The notes under the pieces are model-generated. The model did no database searches. It was given only the letters and a program-made list of their open reading frames with translations, and had not been told where the DNA came from. A DNA stretch of 63,988 nucleotides, counting the filler, from Octopus bimaculoides (Eukaryota): the NCBI RefSeq assembly GCF_001194135.2. It is 5 parts of 5 records of this genome, joined end to end, with 100 filler letters (N's around TTAATTAATTAA, not from the genome) between each part and the next. Parts side by side here need not be neighbours in the genome. Positions count along the whole stretch, not along the records: positions 1 to 23,574 come from NC_068985.1; positions 23,675 to 46,297 come from NC_068983.1; 3 more parts are not named here. One strand, written 5' to 3'. The position numbers and the translations under genes were made by a program. Positions within the stretch are counted from its first letter, which is position 1. Each line of letters begins with the position of its first letter. Positions 13,790-27,047 of this stretch are shown here, piece after piece.

Positions 13790-14644
13790 CACATGTGTAA
13801 CAAGCTCCGCACACTGTTTCCGTCCTTGAAATTCCGCTCCCAAGGTATTAATCAATCCAAAACTATGGTAATAGACTCTAGCTGAAGAAGTCGCACAAAA
13901 GGATAAAACCTGAAACTTTGTCGCTATGAAACAAATATCCTCTCCATAAAGCCATTGCTGCAGAACAAACACCACAAGGTATTGTATTCATTGTTCTTCC
14001 AACTCTGCCCATAGATAAGTGCTTGTGTGGAGCCATGTGGAAGAGTGGTTTGAGAGCTTTTCTCATAACCAAAGTTGTGAATTCTTTTCCTGAACTAGGT
14101 GATGTTTTTGATTTGTTTACAACATTGACCTTATTCGTTTCTCACTGGGATAATCTTTGTAGAATTAACTTAATCCAAAATATATGGCATCAGTGGTCGC
14201 ACTATGAAACATTGGGTTGTGAAATATTCCACATTTACAAAATTAGTCACTAAATCTAAGAGATTTGTTAAAGCGAGAATTAAACACTGATTTCTAAAAT
14301 CAAAATATTTTCCTAATATTTTAGTTCTTTTTTTTTTACAAGGGATTTTTGTAAGAAGGGTGTACAGTCTATTATTAACTGACTTCAACATTTCTGTGAT
14401 GTAGTGGGTGAAAGGAAGACAAAAATTGATTCCTAAAACAAAGAAGGCAAAAACTAAACACTGTTGCAGTACTGTACTAGATGCAGCAATGGTTATATGG
14501 ATAAGAAGCTTGCTTTACAACTACATGGGCCTGAGTTCAATCTTATGATGTGGTACTTTGGGCAAATGTCTTCTACCATATTTCAGATAGAAACTATGTG
14601 GAAATTTGTCTTGTGTGTGCATATTTATAAAAAGGTAAAGGTAA

Positions 14645-14685
<41 letters not shown>

Positions 14686-14994
14686 TATGAGAGAGAATGT
14701 GGTCTTGTTAGGAACTTGATTACCCCTTTTGTACTGGTATTATGACAAATGTACCCAGAAGACTCTGAAGTGGTTGATGTTAGAAAGAGCATCCAGTCAT
14801 AGAAACTGAACCAAAAACGAAGGACATTTTTGAGCAGTACCCCTAAATGTGCTGGCTCCAACTGACTACCTGTCTAACCTATGCTGTAGGGGAAGCCAAT
14901 GTAAAACAATGATGGTGAGCAGGAGGCTTAGGAGAAGATAACTAATAAATGAATGCTTCCAGTCAAAAATACTTTGTGCTATTTATGCTTTGTG

Positions 14995-15183
14995 CTGGTG
15001 ACACATAAAAGCACCCACTACACTCTCCGAGTGGTTGGCGTTAGGAAGGGCATCCAGCTGTAGAAACTCTGCCAAATCAGATTGGAGCCTGGTGTAGCCA
15101 TCTGGTTCACCAGTCCTCAGTCAAATCGTCCAACCCATTCTAGCATGGAAAGCGGACGTTAAACGATGATGATGATGATGATG
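14995..15183 (+). mobile_element. Short retroposon / LINE 3' tail ending in (GAT)n
   Basis: gttggcgttaggaagggcatccagc...catggaaagcggacgttaaacgatgatgat. Reverse-strand relatives lie at about 19467-19680, 3765-3880 and 2240-2430. Confidence 0.8.
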
Positions 15184-15726
15184 ATATGCCTCATGAGTTA
15201 GACAGTCCCTTCTCAGTCTTACTGTCATGCAAACTAAAATGTGATATGAAAATAAGTAACTACTTCACTCTGTGACACCTGAGCAAACTGCATTGTTTTG
15301 TCTCTACCATTTTCACAGTCACTGTTATTAGTGTGTTATAAGCATTTATGTGTTTGATAAAAGATAATCAGTTTGATTTCTTCTGAGAAACTTTTATATC
15401 AAGCCTACTAAGCTTGTCTCCTTGCAGCAACTATAACCATTTTTACTCATTCAAACTAATTATTCATGAAATTCCCTTACTACTTACTTTTCCTTACACA
15501 GCTAAACTCTACATAGTAGTATTCCAGAACAGACTAAAATTTGGCATAGTTGATGCACATACCTATTGGCTTTTCTTAAAACCAAATGTTCCGAATCATT
15601 GTTCTGTGGCACAGATGTAAAATTTGAACATAGGAGGAAGTAACTAAATTGCACTACACTTTTTTTAGCTGTTGCTTTCTCAGTCCTATGTAAATCTTAC
15701 AGGAGTCAGTGTTTATTTTTTTTATT

Positions 15727-16195
<469 letters not shown>

Positions 16196-16224
16196 TGTCT
16201 ATTTTTTTACCCCTTTCATCATGA

Positions 16225-16520
16225 AACATTCCATCCATCCATCTTCTTTGCCTACTATTCCTAGTAGGATCATGGCTGGGTTGGGCCCTCAGGTGCCTCT
16301 TCCATAGGGTCCTATCAGAAGCAACTATCATAAGACTTTCTGGTTGGATTCCCAACCATCTTGTTCTTGGTCTACCCCTTAGGTCTCCTGCCAGTTGGCT
16401 TGGAGAATTTATCCTGAGGTTCTTTCCTGTGATATTCAGATCATGTGTCCATGGCACCAGAGCTGTAACTTCTCAATGCAGACAAGTAGAGGCTCGATCT
16501 GGGGAGATTCTCTGGTCCCT
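16225..16520 (-). mobile_element. RTE-type LINE 3' fragment
   Basis: The ORF track gives LRGRPRTRWL.GIQPESLMIVASDRTLWKRHL; same family as 28360-28615. Confidence 0.7.
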
Positions 16521-19500
16521 GAGCTGCGCCCTTTTGAATAACATTATTCTAGTTGTCATGAAACTTAGCAACAGAAATATTGAGATTGATTCTATGAACA
16601 TATACTGTCTCTCTGTTAGAAAAAAATACAATATTATGGAAATCTCCTGAATATAGAATACTGTTTACCCCACAGATTAATGTAATGTAGTGATTATTGT
16701 AGTTATTAATTAACGTTGTTGATTTTTGTAATTGTGGACTATTCCATGACCTATTGGCTCACAGGGCTTCTACCACTGAAGATTTTTGACTTCATGCAGG
16801 GCTTCTTGGTTAAGCTAGTTTAGCAAAGACTATGCCTTCCCAAGCTATACCTGAAAGAAGTGGGTAGCTGAAATCATGCTTTGCAAACTCATGACAAATA
16901 TGTCAATTTTACAATGAGGCCACTACTTACAGTAGTGAACTAAATGCAGCAATGCATTCAACAGTGCCCACAAGTATGCCTTAAGTTTTTGAAGCAAATT
17001 GAAAAATACCAGGATACTTTTTTAATGCACTGCAATGGAGTATTTATCTTTTTCTTCACAGCAAAGTGCAATGCATGTACCCATATCTGTTTCAAAAACA
17101 ACTTTGGTACTTGTTTTATTTATATAAGAAAACATTTAAAAAGCTAATGGTGACCTGTCATAACAATTTGAGTAGTTTATTCAGTGTGCCTTGTCTTGAT
17201 AAAGATTGAAAATTGCTGCTCTAAACATTTGATCATTTACTGCAAATGCTACTAGTCTACTCTTGAAGAAATGTCTGCTTCAGGCAGTTCTGAAGCAGCA
17301 GCAACTAATATAACTATAAAAGATTAAAATTAGGTATTCATAGCTGCATTCTTATCTCATGTTATTCAACATATCCTGAAAATTTTGTGAATCTCAACAA
17401 ATACACATCTTTTCCAATCTTCCTAACTGTATATTTTGTATGTATATTCATTCAATGTCTCCTTTCTATTAACTGTTGCATACACCATTTCTTATTTCCC
17501 ATATTCTATATTCATTATGCTTCTTCCCCAGACCAGTTTAATAATTTTGTCCAAGCTCTAATTGTCATTTATTGCAGCCAAAGAACGAATAACAGTTCTA
17601 ACTATACTATGTAATCCTGACCTCCAAAGAGGACCGAAGCAGGCCAGTGTGTCCAGAATGGAGTTCTATGCCCTATATATATGCCTTGTAATATATTTAG
17701 ACTATTTAGGTCTGTAGGTTGTTGGTTTAGCATTTTGTTAGCTGTCAATGACCTACTGAAAACAGAATTGACACTGATATATTACTGGTATAAGTACGTA
17801 TATATTTATTAATCCTTTGTATGCTGCTTACATATATTTCAGTGTTCCTGGAAAAATGATAAAACAGAGCATAGAGAATATAAGTAAATTTGTGGTTGCT
17901 GTTACTCTCTTGCAGCCTACTGTTGGTGTGTACTTTGTTTTCCTTCATAGAATAGATATGAAGGAAAGTGTGTTTGGAATCAATTGAATATCCCCTTCAT
18001 CCCTGTACATCACTGGTATTTTATCATAATCAGATTTTGAATGTAAATAACACAATTAAATATTAAATGGCCGATTAGTTAAGAAGTTAACTTCACAACC
18101 ATGAGATACTGGATTCAATCTCAGTACATGATATCTCAGGCAAAAGTCATTTTCAAGAGCATTGGGTCAACATGTACTTTGTGATGTAAATGGGTCGGCA
18201 GAAACTATGTAGGAGCTCATTGGTGGGATTCTACCTATAATTGAAAAGAAACTCTGTCCTACTGCTTCTGTTTGAGACTTACATTACAAGTACGCGTGAC
18301 AGTGAAATGCTCAGTCACTTACAAACTAATTCAATGAGTAATACAGTTGAATTGTGATCTTTGAAACCAACTGAGATCCAATAACTACCATTTCTATAAA
18401 TATAACAATTAATATAATACAACAGAATGTCAAATACATGGTAAATATATAAGGAATACAGCAAATATAATACACACACACACACACACACACATGCACA
18501 AGTACTTAATCCATCTTTGGTCAGGTGCATAGAAACATGGCTAGGAAGCAACTGAATATGATACAATGCAGCACATTGAGCAACAGAACTGATCATCAAC
18601 AAGTTAGAAAAGAAGGCACATTGTACATTGGGACCAGACATCATATCATACAGACCAAGAAACCTTCAACTACATAACACAGAGGAAAAACAACCATTTT
18701 CAGTTAAGGCCAGGATTTCCATGTTTTAAAAAATCTGAGATGAAGAATTCATCTAGAATTAGTGCCAAATGTTTTCTCTTAGAGGTATGTGGAAGACAGA
18801 GTAGAACAACTCTATTACTTTTCCTAGACAGTATGTTAAGTATACAAAGCTTAGCTCTATAGCATGGATTTTTCTTAAAAGCTTTATCTATAATTCCAAG
18901 TACCAGCAGTACCTTGTCCTCTGCATTGGATTATGCTTGTTGTGCTCTTATAGGGCAGCTGTGAACCTCAACCATCTCGTGCATTTCAAGCCAACTCTCT
19001 CACATATGAAGCAATCCTGCACAAATTTGTAATCACTCAAACCTTTGCCTATGATGCTGTAGCCTTCCAGTGATTGTATGGAATGCACAGCCATATTCAT
19101 CACATACAGCTCTGATATGAGTTCACAGGACTGTCTTTCACATTTCTTGCCTGTACACTAGTTAGAGTGGTACCTGAGCAGATGAAACTGACCACTCTTT
19201 CTACTACATTTGTTGCATCAGTAAATTAGTTTTCCTCCTTTCTCAGAAGAGCCAGAGAAATGCCATGAACACAGGAGACAGAACAACCTGATGCTCATGC
19301 ATAGTATTTCAAAGCAGGCCTCATCAACTGTCAGACCAGTAAATTTCTAAATGTAAGCTGAGAGGTCAGTGGCCATTTGACAGGAAAGTTGTCTACCCCA
19401 TAGTGGCAAGGTGTGTGATCCATAATCAAGTATGAGTTTCTCTGGTTTTTCCTTACATATTCAGCATCATCATCATTTAACATTTGTTATCCATGCTGGC

Positions 19501-19918
19501 ATGGATTGGACAGTTTGACCAGGACTCGCAAGCTGGAAGGCTGCACCAGACTCCAGTCTGATTTAGCATGGTTTCTATGGCTGGATGCCCCTTCCTAACA
19601 CCAACCACTCTGAGAGTGTAATGGATGCGTTTACATTCCACTGGCACAGGTGCCATTTGTGTGACACCAGTATCTGCCATGACTGTGATTTTACTTGGCT
19701 TGTGATAGTAAAATATTTACTCCAGGAGCTCGGCTTAGATATAAGGAACATAACCCAGAGATGGTTGTTTTTTTTCCACAATGGACTTCTACAGCATATT
19801 ACGACTGACTAGTAGGAGCCATCCTGTTCCAAATGGTCGTTGGTTTAATGGTGTCTGGCTGCTATTTGGCTCCTTTCTTTGTCTCTTCCATTTCATCTCT
19901 TCATAGTCACCTATAAGT

Positions 19919-20298
19919 GGAGGTGCAATGGCCCAGTGGTTAGGGCAGCGGACTCATGGTCATAGGATCATGGTTTCGATTCCCAGACCGGGTGTTGTGA
20001 GTGTCTATTGAGCGAAAACACCTAAAGATCCACGAGGCTCCAGCAGGGGATGGTGGCGAACCCTACTGTACTCTTTCACCACAACTTTCTCTCACTCTAT
20101 CTTCCTGTTTCTGTTGGGCCTGTAATTGAAAGGGTCAGCCTTGTCACACTATGTCACGCTGAATCTCCCCGAGAACTACGTTAAGGGCACACGTGTCTGT
20201 GGAGTGCTCAGCCACTTGCATATTAATCTCACGAGCAGGCTGTTCCGTTGATCGAATCAACTGGAACCCTCGACGTTGTAAGCGACGGAGTGCCAACA
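19919..20298 (+). mobile_element. Full-length tRNA-derived SINE (~380 bp) with target-site duplication
   Basis: A-box tggcccagtgg, B-box-like gtttcgattcc, and TSD agtcacctataagt (19905-19918) / agtcacccataaat (20299-20312). Other copies at 43357-43718, 63717-63988 and 50290-50700. Confidence 0.9.
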
Positions 20299-21347
20299 AG
20301 TCACCCATAAATGACTAGACCAATCAAGAATGATTGAACCTACTGAGACTGCAACCAACAGAGAAATAAAAATAATGGAAAATAATACAGAAAAGACAAC
20401 AATGTCTCTCAGGCATAGCTTTAATCACAGGTTTAAGTGTTCTTACTATGACAAAGAGGCATTCGTTAAGATTAGAAGTGTAAACATTTGTAATACTGCT
20501 ACCAATGTGTTGTGTCCACTGGACACTTACAAAACTGATTCTAATCTTAATTTCCTGTTGAGTGGTTTGTAATAGTAGAAAAGGTATCAATATGTGGCAT
20601 AGCACATTGAATTGTGACTCTGAGTTACTCACACTAGTGTTCTACTTTTTACAGTTTACATGAGTGGTTAGTAGTAGTAGTTAGTAGTACTGGTTAGTAG
20701 TAGTAGGGTCATACAACTGTAAAATAACAATTCATCAAAGAAATACAAAAGAGAACATTCCTTTTACATTGCATTGAAAAATGTAAAGCAATCCTTCTGT
20801 TTTATAGTATTAACCCTTGAGCATTCAGATAACTCTCTCAAATATAATATATATTTATTCATACTGTTTTAAATCAATTATACATTATCTTGAAGATGTG
20901 AGATTTCACTGATGTAATTGTTTATCTCCAAAATGACATTGTAGGGTAGGTGTGAGAGGCCAGGTCTGGCTGGTTTGAAAATTAAACAGAATATTTGGGC
21001 AAGAATTGGCCAGCTTAAATGTTAAAGAGTTAAAATAAAGGTAGTCTTTTAAAGGGTCACAGGTTGTTTTCATTGTTAAATGGAAGGTATGTTTTTTATC
21101 AGACAAGAGTACCACTAATAACATAGCAATATTGATTAATTGAAAGAAAATTAGGGCAGTTAACAAAAACAGACAAGCAAAAAGAGAAAATATTGCAATT
21201 AACCTATGGGATGCAATTCATAGTACTAAAACAGTAACAGAAGCAAATCTTAATTACCAATTTGTGATTCCCAGTGTGCTGAGAAGTACATAAACATGTA
21301 TATATATATATATAGATATGTATTCATTTATGAATATGAGTTTGCAT

Positions 21348-21386
<39 letters not shown>

Positions 21387-22659
21387 CTCAAACATGAAAT
21401 TGTAGACAGTCAGTTTGATAGAATACTAAACGTTATTGGTGGAATGTATTATATACTCCGCTTGTGTTTTAACTATTATACTTATGTACACCACACATAT
21501 ATATGTGTTTGTGTGTGTGTGTATAAACTCAATTATTTTTCTCACTCCACTATCATAAACCTATGATGTGATAACAGTCAAGTCTGAGGTAATCAACTAC
21601 ATGAAATGTAAGAACATTTATCCATCAAGAAGTATTCCATGTTATGTGTAGAAGTAATGCCATAATCAGACAAATCGCAAACAGCATCCATATAAACTTA
21701 ATCCAGATTTATTGAGGAGGATTGTCGAATTAGTGATCGCAATCAGCTACTTTTAATTAAACACAAAAAACAACACTTCGTAGATACTTGAGAAAATGTT
21801 AAACCTAAAGTAGCTCCTCTATATACTGAGAGAGTTTTCTTTTCCAATAGTCCAGCATTTTTGTTGACTTTGTTTTGTGGTTCAAGTCCTGAGGTTGATC
21901 TTTACAGGGATTTAATTTATTTTATTTTATTTTACATATTTTTGTTTTTTTCATTTCCCATGAATGAGATGGTTTCTGCAAATTTGGACATACATAATAT
22001 AAGGATTTTTTTTTTTTTTTTTTCACTTAGAATTGTTTCTTTCTTTCTTTTCTTATTGCTAAACATTCAGTCATTAAAAAGTAGATATTGATATTATTTA
22101 GTCCCAGTTCAGCCCTGATTGAACAGGTGTATTTTGAGGGAATTTGGCTGTGATTTCTAGCAACCAGTTTGAATGGCTATGTGTAGACTCCTGGGTTGGC
22201 CTAAAATATGTAAGTGTTGAAACCATTTGCCAGTCTGATTAAATTAAGCAAGCATTAGCAAAAGTTGGGTTAGAACTGGAGACCATATGGTCAATAGTCA
22301 AACCCACTTCTAAAGCCAATGGGTTTTCTCTACAACAGAAATTTAAGGTTTGCTTGTGTTTCTTGCTTTATTTTTTCATGTTTTTAAAAATACAATTTTT
22401 CCTTTATTTCCCCTCCTTCCATTTTCATTTCAGAATAAAGTCTGATGTCATTTATCTTTAGTTTGTTCCAAGTGAGTAACTACCATCTTTCATAAAAATT
22501 CTTCATTATTTATCTATCTCTACATATTTTTGTGTACTGTTTACTGTGACTGTTACTGTTTATGTAGATTTGTCTTTGTCTAATGTAATAAATACATATG
22601 CAAAAAAAGTACACCAGTTTGGGTTGTTCTGTTACATTAGAATGGAGAAACATTGTGGT

Positions 22660-23165
22660 ATATAGGTGTAGGTGAGGATGTGTTGTTAAGAAGCTTACTT
22701 CTTAACCAACCATGTGGTCTCATGTTCAGTTCTATTGTGTGGCACTTTGAACAAATGTCTCTGCTACAGACTGTGAATGACCAATGCATTATAAGTGGAT
22801 TTGTTAGACAGAAATTGAAAAAAATCCCAGGTTCAGTCCCACTGCGTGGTATCTTGGACAAATGTCTTCTACTATAGTCTCAGGCCAACCAAAGCCTTGT
22901 GAGTGGATTTGGTAGACAGAAACTGAAAGAAGCCTGTTGTATATATGTGTGTGTGTGTATGTTTGTGTGTCTGTATCTATCCCCCTAGCATTGCTTGACA
23001 GCCAATGCTGGTGTGTTTAATGTCCCCCGTAATTTAGCGGTTCGGCAAAAGAGACTGATAGAATAAGTACTAGGCTTACAATGAATAAGTCCCGGGGTCG
23101 ATTTGCTCAACTAAAGGCGGTGCTCCAGCATGGCCGCAGTCAAATGACTGAAACAAGTAAAAGAG
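22660..23165 (+). mobile_element. tRNA-derived SINE, with its head partly duplicated
   Basis: Two successive ttcagt...gtgg..cttg..caaatgtct heads, then ...gcatggccgcagtcaaatgactgaaacaagtaaaaga tail. Confidence 0.85.
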
Positions 23166-23214
23166 AAAAAGAGAGTATATATGTGTGTATATATATATAT
23201 ATATATCGAAGTCC

Positions 23215-23574
23215 TGTTAAGACAAGTGAATTTAGAATTTGAAATCTGAAATCGAAATCGAACCGAATCTGACGACTGGCACCCATGCCAACCTCTCCTT
23301 CATTGGACACTAAACTCTGCTTGCGAAGACTTTTTGGGGCAAGTGAAATCGTAAATTGAACCATACTCGATGACTGGCACCTGTGCCAGTGGAGCACTAA
23401 CAGCACTGTCCGAGCATGTTCATTGCCAGAGCAGCTGTCTGGCTTCTGTGCTAGTGGCCTGTAAATAGCACCATTTGAGTGTAATTATTACCAGCGTTGC
23501 CTTCTAGCACTTGTGCTGGTGGCACGTTAGAAAATCATTCAAGCGAGGTCGTTGCCAGTGCTGCTGGACTGGCT
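23215..23574 (+). repeat. Interspersed repeat with internal imperfect tandem units (gactggcacc/gtgccagtgg), probably a retroposon 3' region
   Basis: Repeated gaaatcg..a.cg..tc.ga.gactggcacc units and gtgc.ggtggc motifs; truncated by an N-gap. Confidence 0.5.
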
Positions 23575-24809
23575 NNNNNNNNNNNNNNNNNNNNNNNNNN
23601 NNNNNNNNNNNNNNNNNNTTAATTAATTAANNNNNNNNNNNNNNNNNNNNNNNNNNNNNNNNNNNNNNNNNNNNTATATACATGTATATATATACGTATT
23701 TATGTATATATATTTATATATGTATATATAACATATATATGTATATACATATATATTATATACGTATTTATGTATATAAATGTATAAGCCGGTATATATA
23801 ATATATATATGTATATATATATTTATGTATATATTTATATATATATATGTATGTATGTATACACACACACATACTAACAAATGCACACACGTGCGTAAAC
23901 ATATATGCCTATATATATGCTTATAGACTCTTTGTCACATACAATAAAGAACACATACAGACACATACGCAACATGTCTCTATGTCAGTCCGTCCGTCCC
24001 TCTGTCTGTCTGTATGTATACACCCAAAGTCTACATAGATGCATAGACACATGCAAACATGCAAGATATTCGTCCTAACGTGGTCTATAAAAAAGGCCCA
24101 GTCTCTGCACCACGGAAACAATTAGAGAACGCTGTGAGGCAGAAATTAATCAGTATTAGTTTCTTTAAAACTTGAAAAGTGATATTAGAGAGAGGGAGAA
24201 AAATGCAAATGCGAATGGTTGTGTGGTTAAGAAACTTGCATTGCAACCGCGCAGTTTCGCGGTCAATCTTACTGCGCGGTTCTTTGAGTAAGTGTCTTTT
24301 ACAATAGTCCTGGGCCAATGAATGTCACTCTAAATTCCGTGATGTTCCACACTATGACAGTGACGTGCCCCTCCACCCAACCTACTGACACACCATTCGC
24401 CTGTGTCCCACTTCCAGCAGAATGTCCCTCATCTGATCTAACTTCAAGCTGGATATGGCATAGTTATTTGCTTCAAACCAGTCGGAAAATTTGAAATAGT
24501 TTTCGTAGCATTTTTATTTAAAGTTACAGGATTATAATTGACTACATATAAAATATTTCTTATAATCCTACTTTAATAACTAAATAATTAAATTTTTTAA
24601 TTACTTTAGCATAAAGAAAGGAAGGAAAGAAGAGAAAGTAATTTATTTATTCTTCAATGGTAGGTTTCGATCTCGCTACTATAAAGGAATAATCCACGTC
24701 ATTATTTATTATGGAAGCGTTTTACCTCTGAGCCTATCCCCCCACCCTGATAACAGTTACTTTATTGCTAAGTTAGCAATATAGTTATGTACATCTGTTC
24801 TTTCGGTAG

Positions 24810-24970
24810 GCGCAGGCGTGGCTCTGTGGTAAGGCGTGGCTGTGTGCTTCTCTATCACATGGTTCAGGGTTTTGTCCATTGCGTAGCATCTTGGGCAAAT
24901 GTCTTCTATAGACTCGGGCCAACCAAAGCCTTGTGAGTGAGTTTGGTAGACGGAAAATGAAAGAACCCCA

Positions 24971-25023
<53 letters not shown>

Positions 25024-25220
25024 TCCCCACCTCCACCGCCTAAAATCGGTGTTGTTTTTTTTACGTCCCTGTAAAATAGCGGTTCAGCGAAAGTGAATGA
25101 TAAAATAAGTATCAGGCTATAAAAAATATAGATACTAGGGGGTCGATTCGTTCAATTAAAATCCTTCAAGGTGATGCCCCAGCATGGCCGCAGTCTAATG
25201 AGTTAAACAAGTAAAAGATA
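24810..25220 (+). mobile_element. tRNA-derived SINE with (GT)n
   Basis: Head, (GT)n and tail motifs as in the other copies of the family. Confidence 0.85.
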
Positions 25221-25572
25221 AAATGTCTTTAAAAAAAGTAGAAATATTGGATTATGCCGTCTTAAATATCTAAAAAAAGTAAGACTGGAAGGTCAGAACT
25301 GGAATCTTTTTCATCATAGGTCCACTTAATCAGGGCTAACCTAGGGCTAAATTACAGCGAATACCGCAGTAAATTTACCTTTTCCACTATGTATTTACAT
25401 TAAGCATGATACACAAGTTGCTAGTTTATTCTAATACTTCTTCAACCGAATTCTATTCAGCCAGAAGGCTAATTGCAACACTAATGATTGTTTGTTCACC
25501 GCTTTCTTATATCGGTAACGGCGGATTGCGTCTTGGCATGCGATATTTCTCTCCCTGTTTATTTCTGTGTTC

Positions 25573-25608
25573 CTTTCTGTCGAAGAGCGTAGGCTCGAAA
25601 CGTAAAAG
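25573..25608 (+). ncRNA. Variant-core minimal hammerhead motif (CTGTCGA; A6 replaced by U)
   Basis: CTTT-CTGTCGA-A-GAGC gtag GCTC-GAAA-C-G-T-A-AAAG. Stems I and II are 4 bp each, stem III is the ACGT palindrome, and the cleavage triplet is GUA. Second family copy at 57407-57442. Confidence 0.55.
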
Positions 25609-25696
25609 ACTTTCTCACTTCCCGACCGTTAAACTGATACATCTGTTTGTTGGTTACACACCCGTCTTCGTCTTTTGTTTTTTTGTAAATTCTCAC

Positions 25697-25730
<34 letters not shown>

Positions 25731-25747
25731 TGTATGTATGTATAGGC

Positions 25748-25790
25748 ACCTCTGATGAGAACCCAATAAGGTTCGAAAATCACTTAAGGT
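25748..25790 (+). ncRNA. Minimal type-I hammerhead ribozyme motif, canonical core
   Basis: ACCT-CTGATGA-GAACC caataa GGTTC-GAAA-A tcac T-T-A-AGGT. Stem II 5 bp, stem I 4 bp, UUA cleavage triplet. Confidence 0.7.
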
Positions 25791-26559
25791 TGTTCATCAT
25801 TTTATTCAGTCTGCGGAGAAATGGCTAAAATTTAACCTGCTTATAATTACGCCATATGCTACATATGTATATATGCGAAAGAGGTTTCAAATGACGTTAT
25901 GCAAACCAGCTCTCTTCTTTCTGGCACTTTGACAAAAGTAAATCCATTAAGTTGACCAGGCACTTATGGGTTTGAAGACCAGTTGCATACCACATATAAT
26001 CAAGGTGAGAATCGTAGTGAAATTCATGCCATATGTAAATGGATCTAAGAAATGCAACTTATGTGTAGCTGAAAAATCGCGCATTTTTCTTTTAGATCAA
26101 AGAATTCCGCCGCACTATTTGATTCCAGATCCAAAATTTCAGTAAATGCAAGTATATCGAGAAATTCTTTTGGGGGGAACTAGAGGAGGACGCCACCCTA
26201 TCCGGATTGAGCAGCTGCCTCGCAAACTTTGGACCCCTCTCTGTGGAATTATTCTAAAACAAATAGGTTTATTATGGCTTTTACGGTCAAAGGGAACGTA
26301 ACTAAAAATTTTCTTTCTTTTCGTTTTCCGCTTTTATTCGCCCTTCCAATTTTTCTCATGTACCAGCGTTCTAATTTTCAAATAGAACAGACCATGTGCG
26401 CAGAGCCCGACGGTTACTTGGTGACACAAGGCGTGTTATAAAATCTGTTTAGACCCGTGTTTCCACTGCAAGAAACTATTAGTAGTGCATATCTTTATAC
26501 AAAGATATCTTTATATATATATATACAAAGTATGAGGGTTTAGTTCACAGGCGATCTAA

Positions 26560-26990
26560 ACAATTAAGTACACTAAGTAAGTGCTGTAACGGATTCTGTT
26601 ATTGAACGTTGATATGTTCGCGTCTTTTTCTTGAGATGTCTACTATATAAGGACTTTAACCCACATGGATATACGCAGAATTGCACTTAAAGACTTACGC
26701 TCATGGATCTATGCAGGATTGCACCTAAGGACTCATGCTCTGATTTCTATAACTTTAGAAAGTTGAACTATGAACATTTATGCCTCTTTTTTCTTCTCTC
26801 TTTCCATCTCCTTATTCTTTTACTCCTTTCCTCTATGTCGTCATCTTATTGATATACACCATTCTCATTTTCCATATTTTTCCCCAATTTGTCTCTGATG
26901 ACGGAATATCCCAGAAACAGCTGTAAGATTTTGAATTTCTTCCTGTAATAATATTGTATATGATTTGAGATGTTTGCCTTGCCTTAATGC
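26560..26990 (+). mobile_element. PLE-like 3' remnant: GIY-YIG C-terminal-like peptide, pyrimidine tract, hammerhead
   Basis: With one frameshift, 26620-26680 reads LFLEM-YYIRTFNPHG (E..YI..F.P-like). A CT-rich tract follows, then the HHR at 26891-26929. Confidence 0.45.
26891..26929 (+). ncRNA. Minimal type-I hammerhead motif, same family as 46929-46976
   Basis: GTCT-CTGATGA-C GGA ata TCC CA-GAAA-C agct G-T-A-AGAT. Palindromic stem III ACAGCTGT, GUA site, shortened stem II. Confidence 0.7.
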
Positions 26991-27007
26991 TTGACGTCCT
27001 GTTTAAC

Positions 27008-27047
<40 letters not shown>

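Noticed and set aside
23619-23630. TTAATTAATTAA islands inside N-gaps (also 46342-46353, 61393-61404, 62872-62883)
   Set aside because: An identical 12-mer centred in N-runs, with stops in all six frames, is an assembly spacer and not biology.
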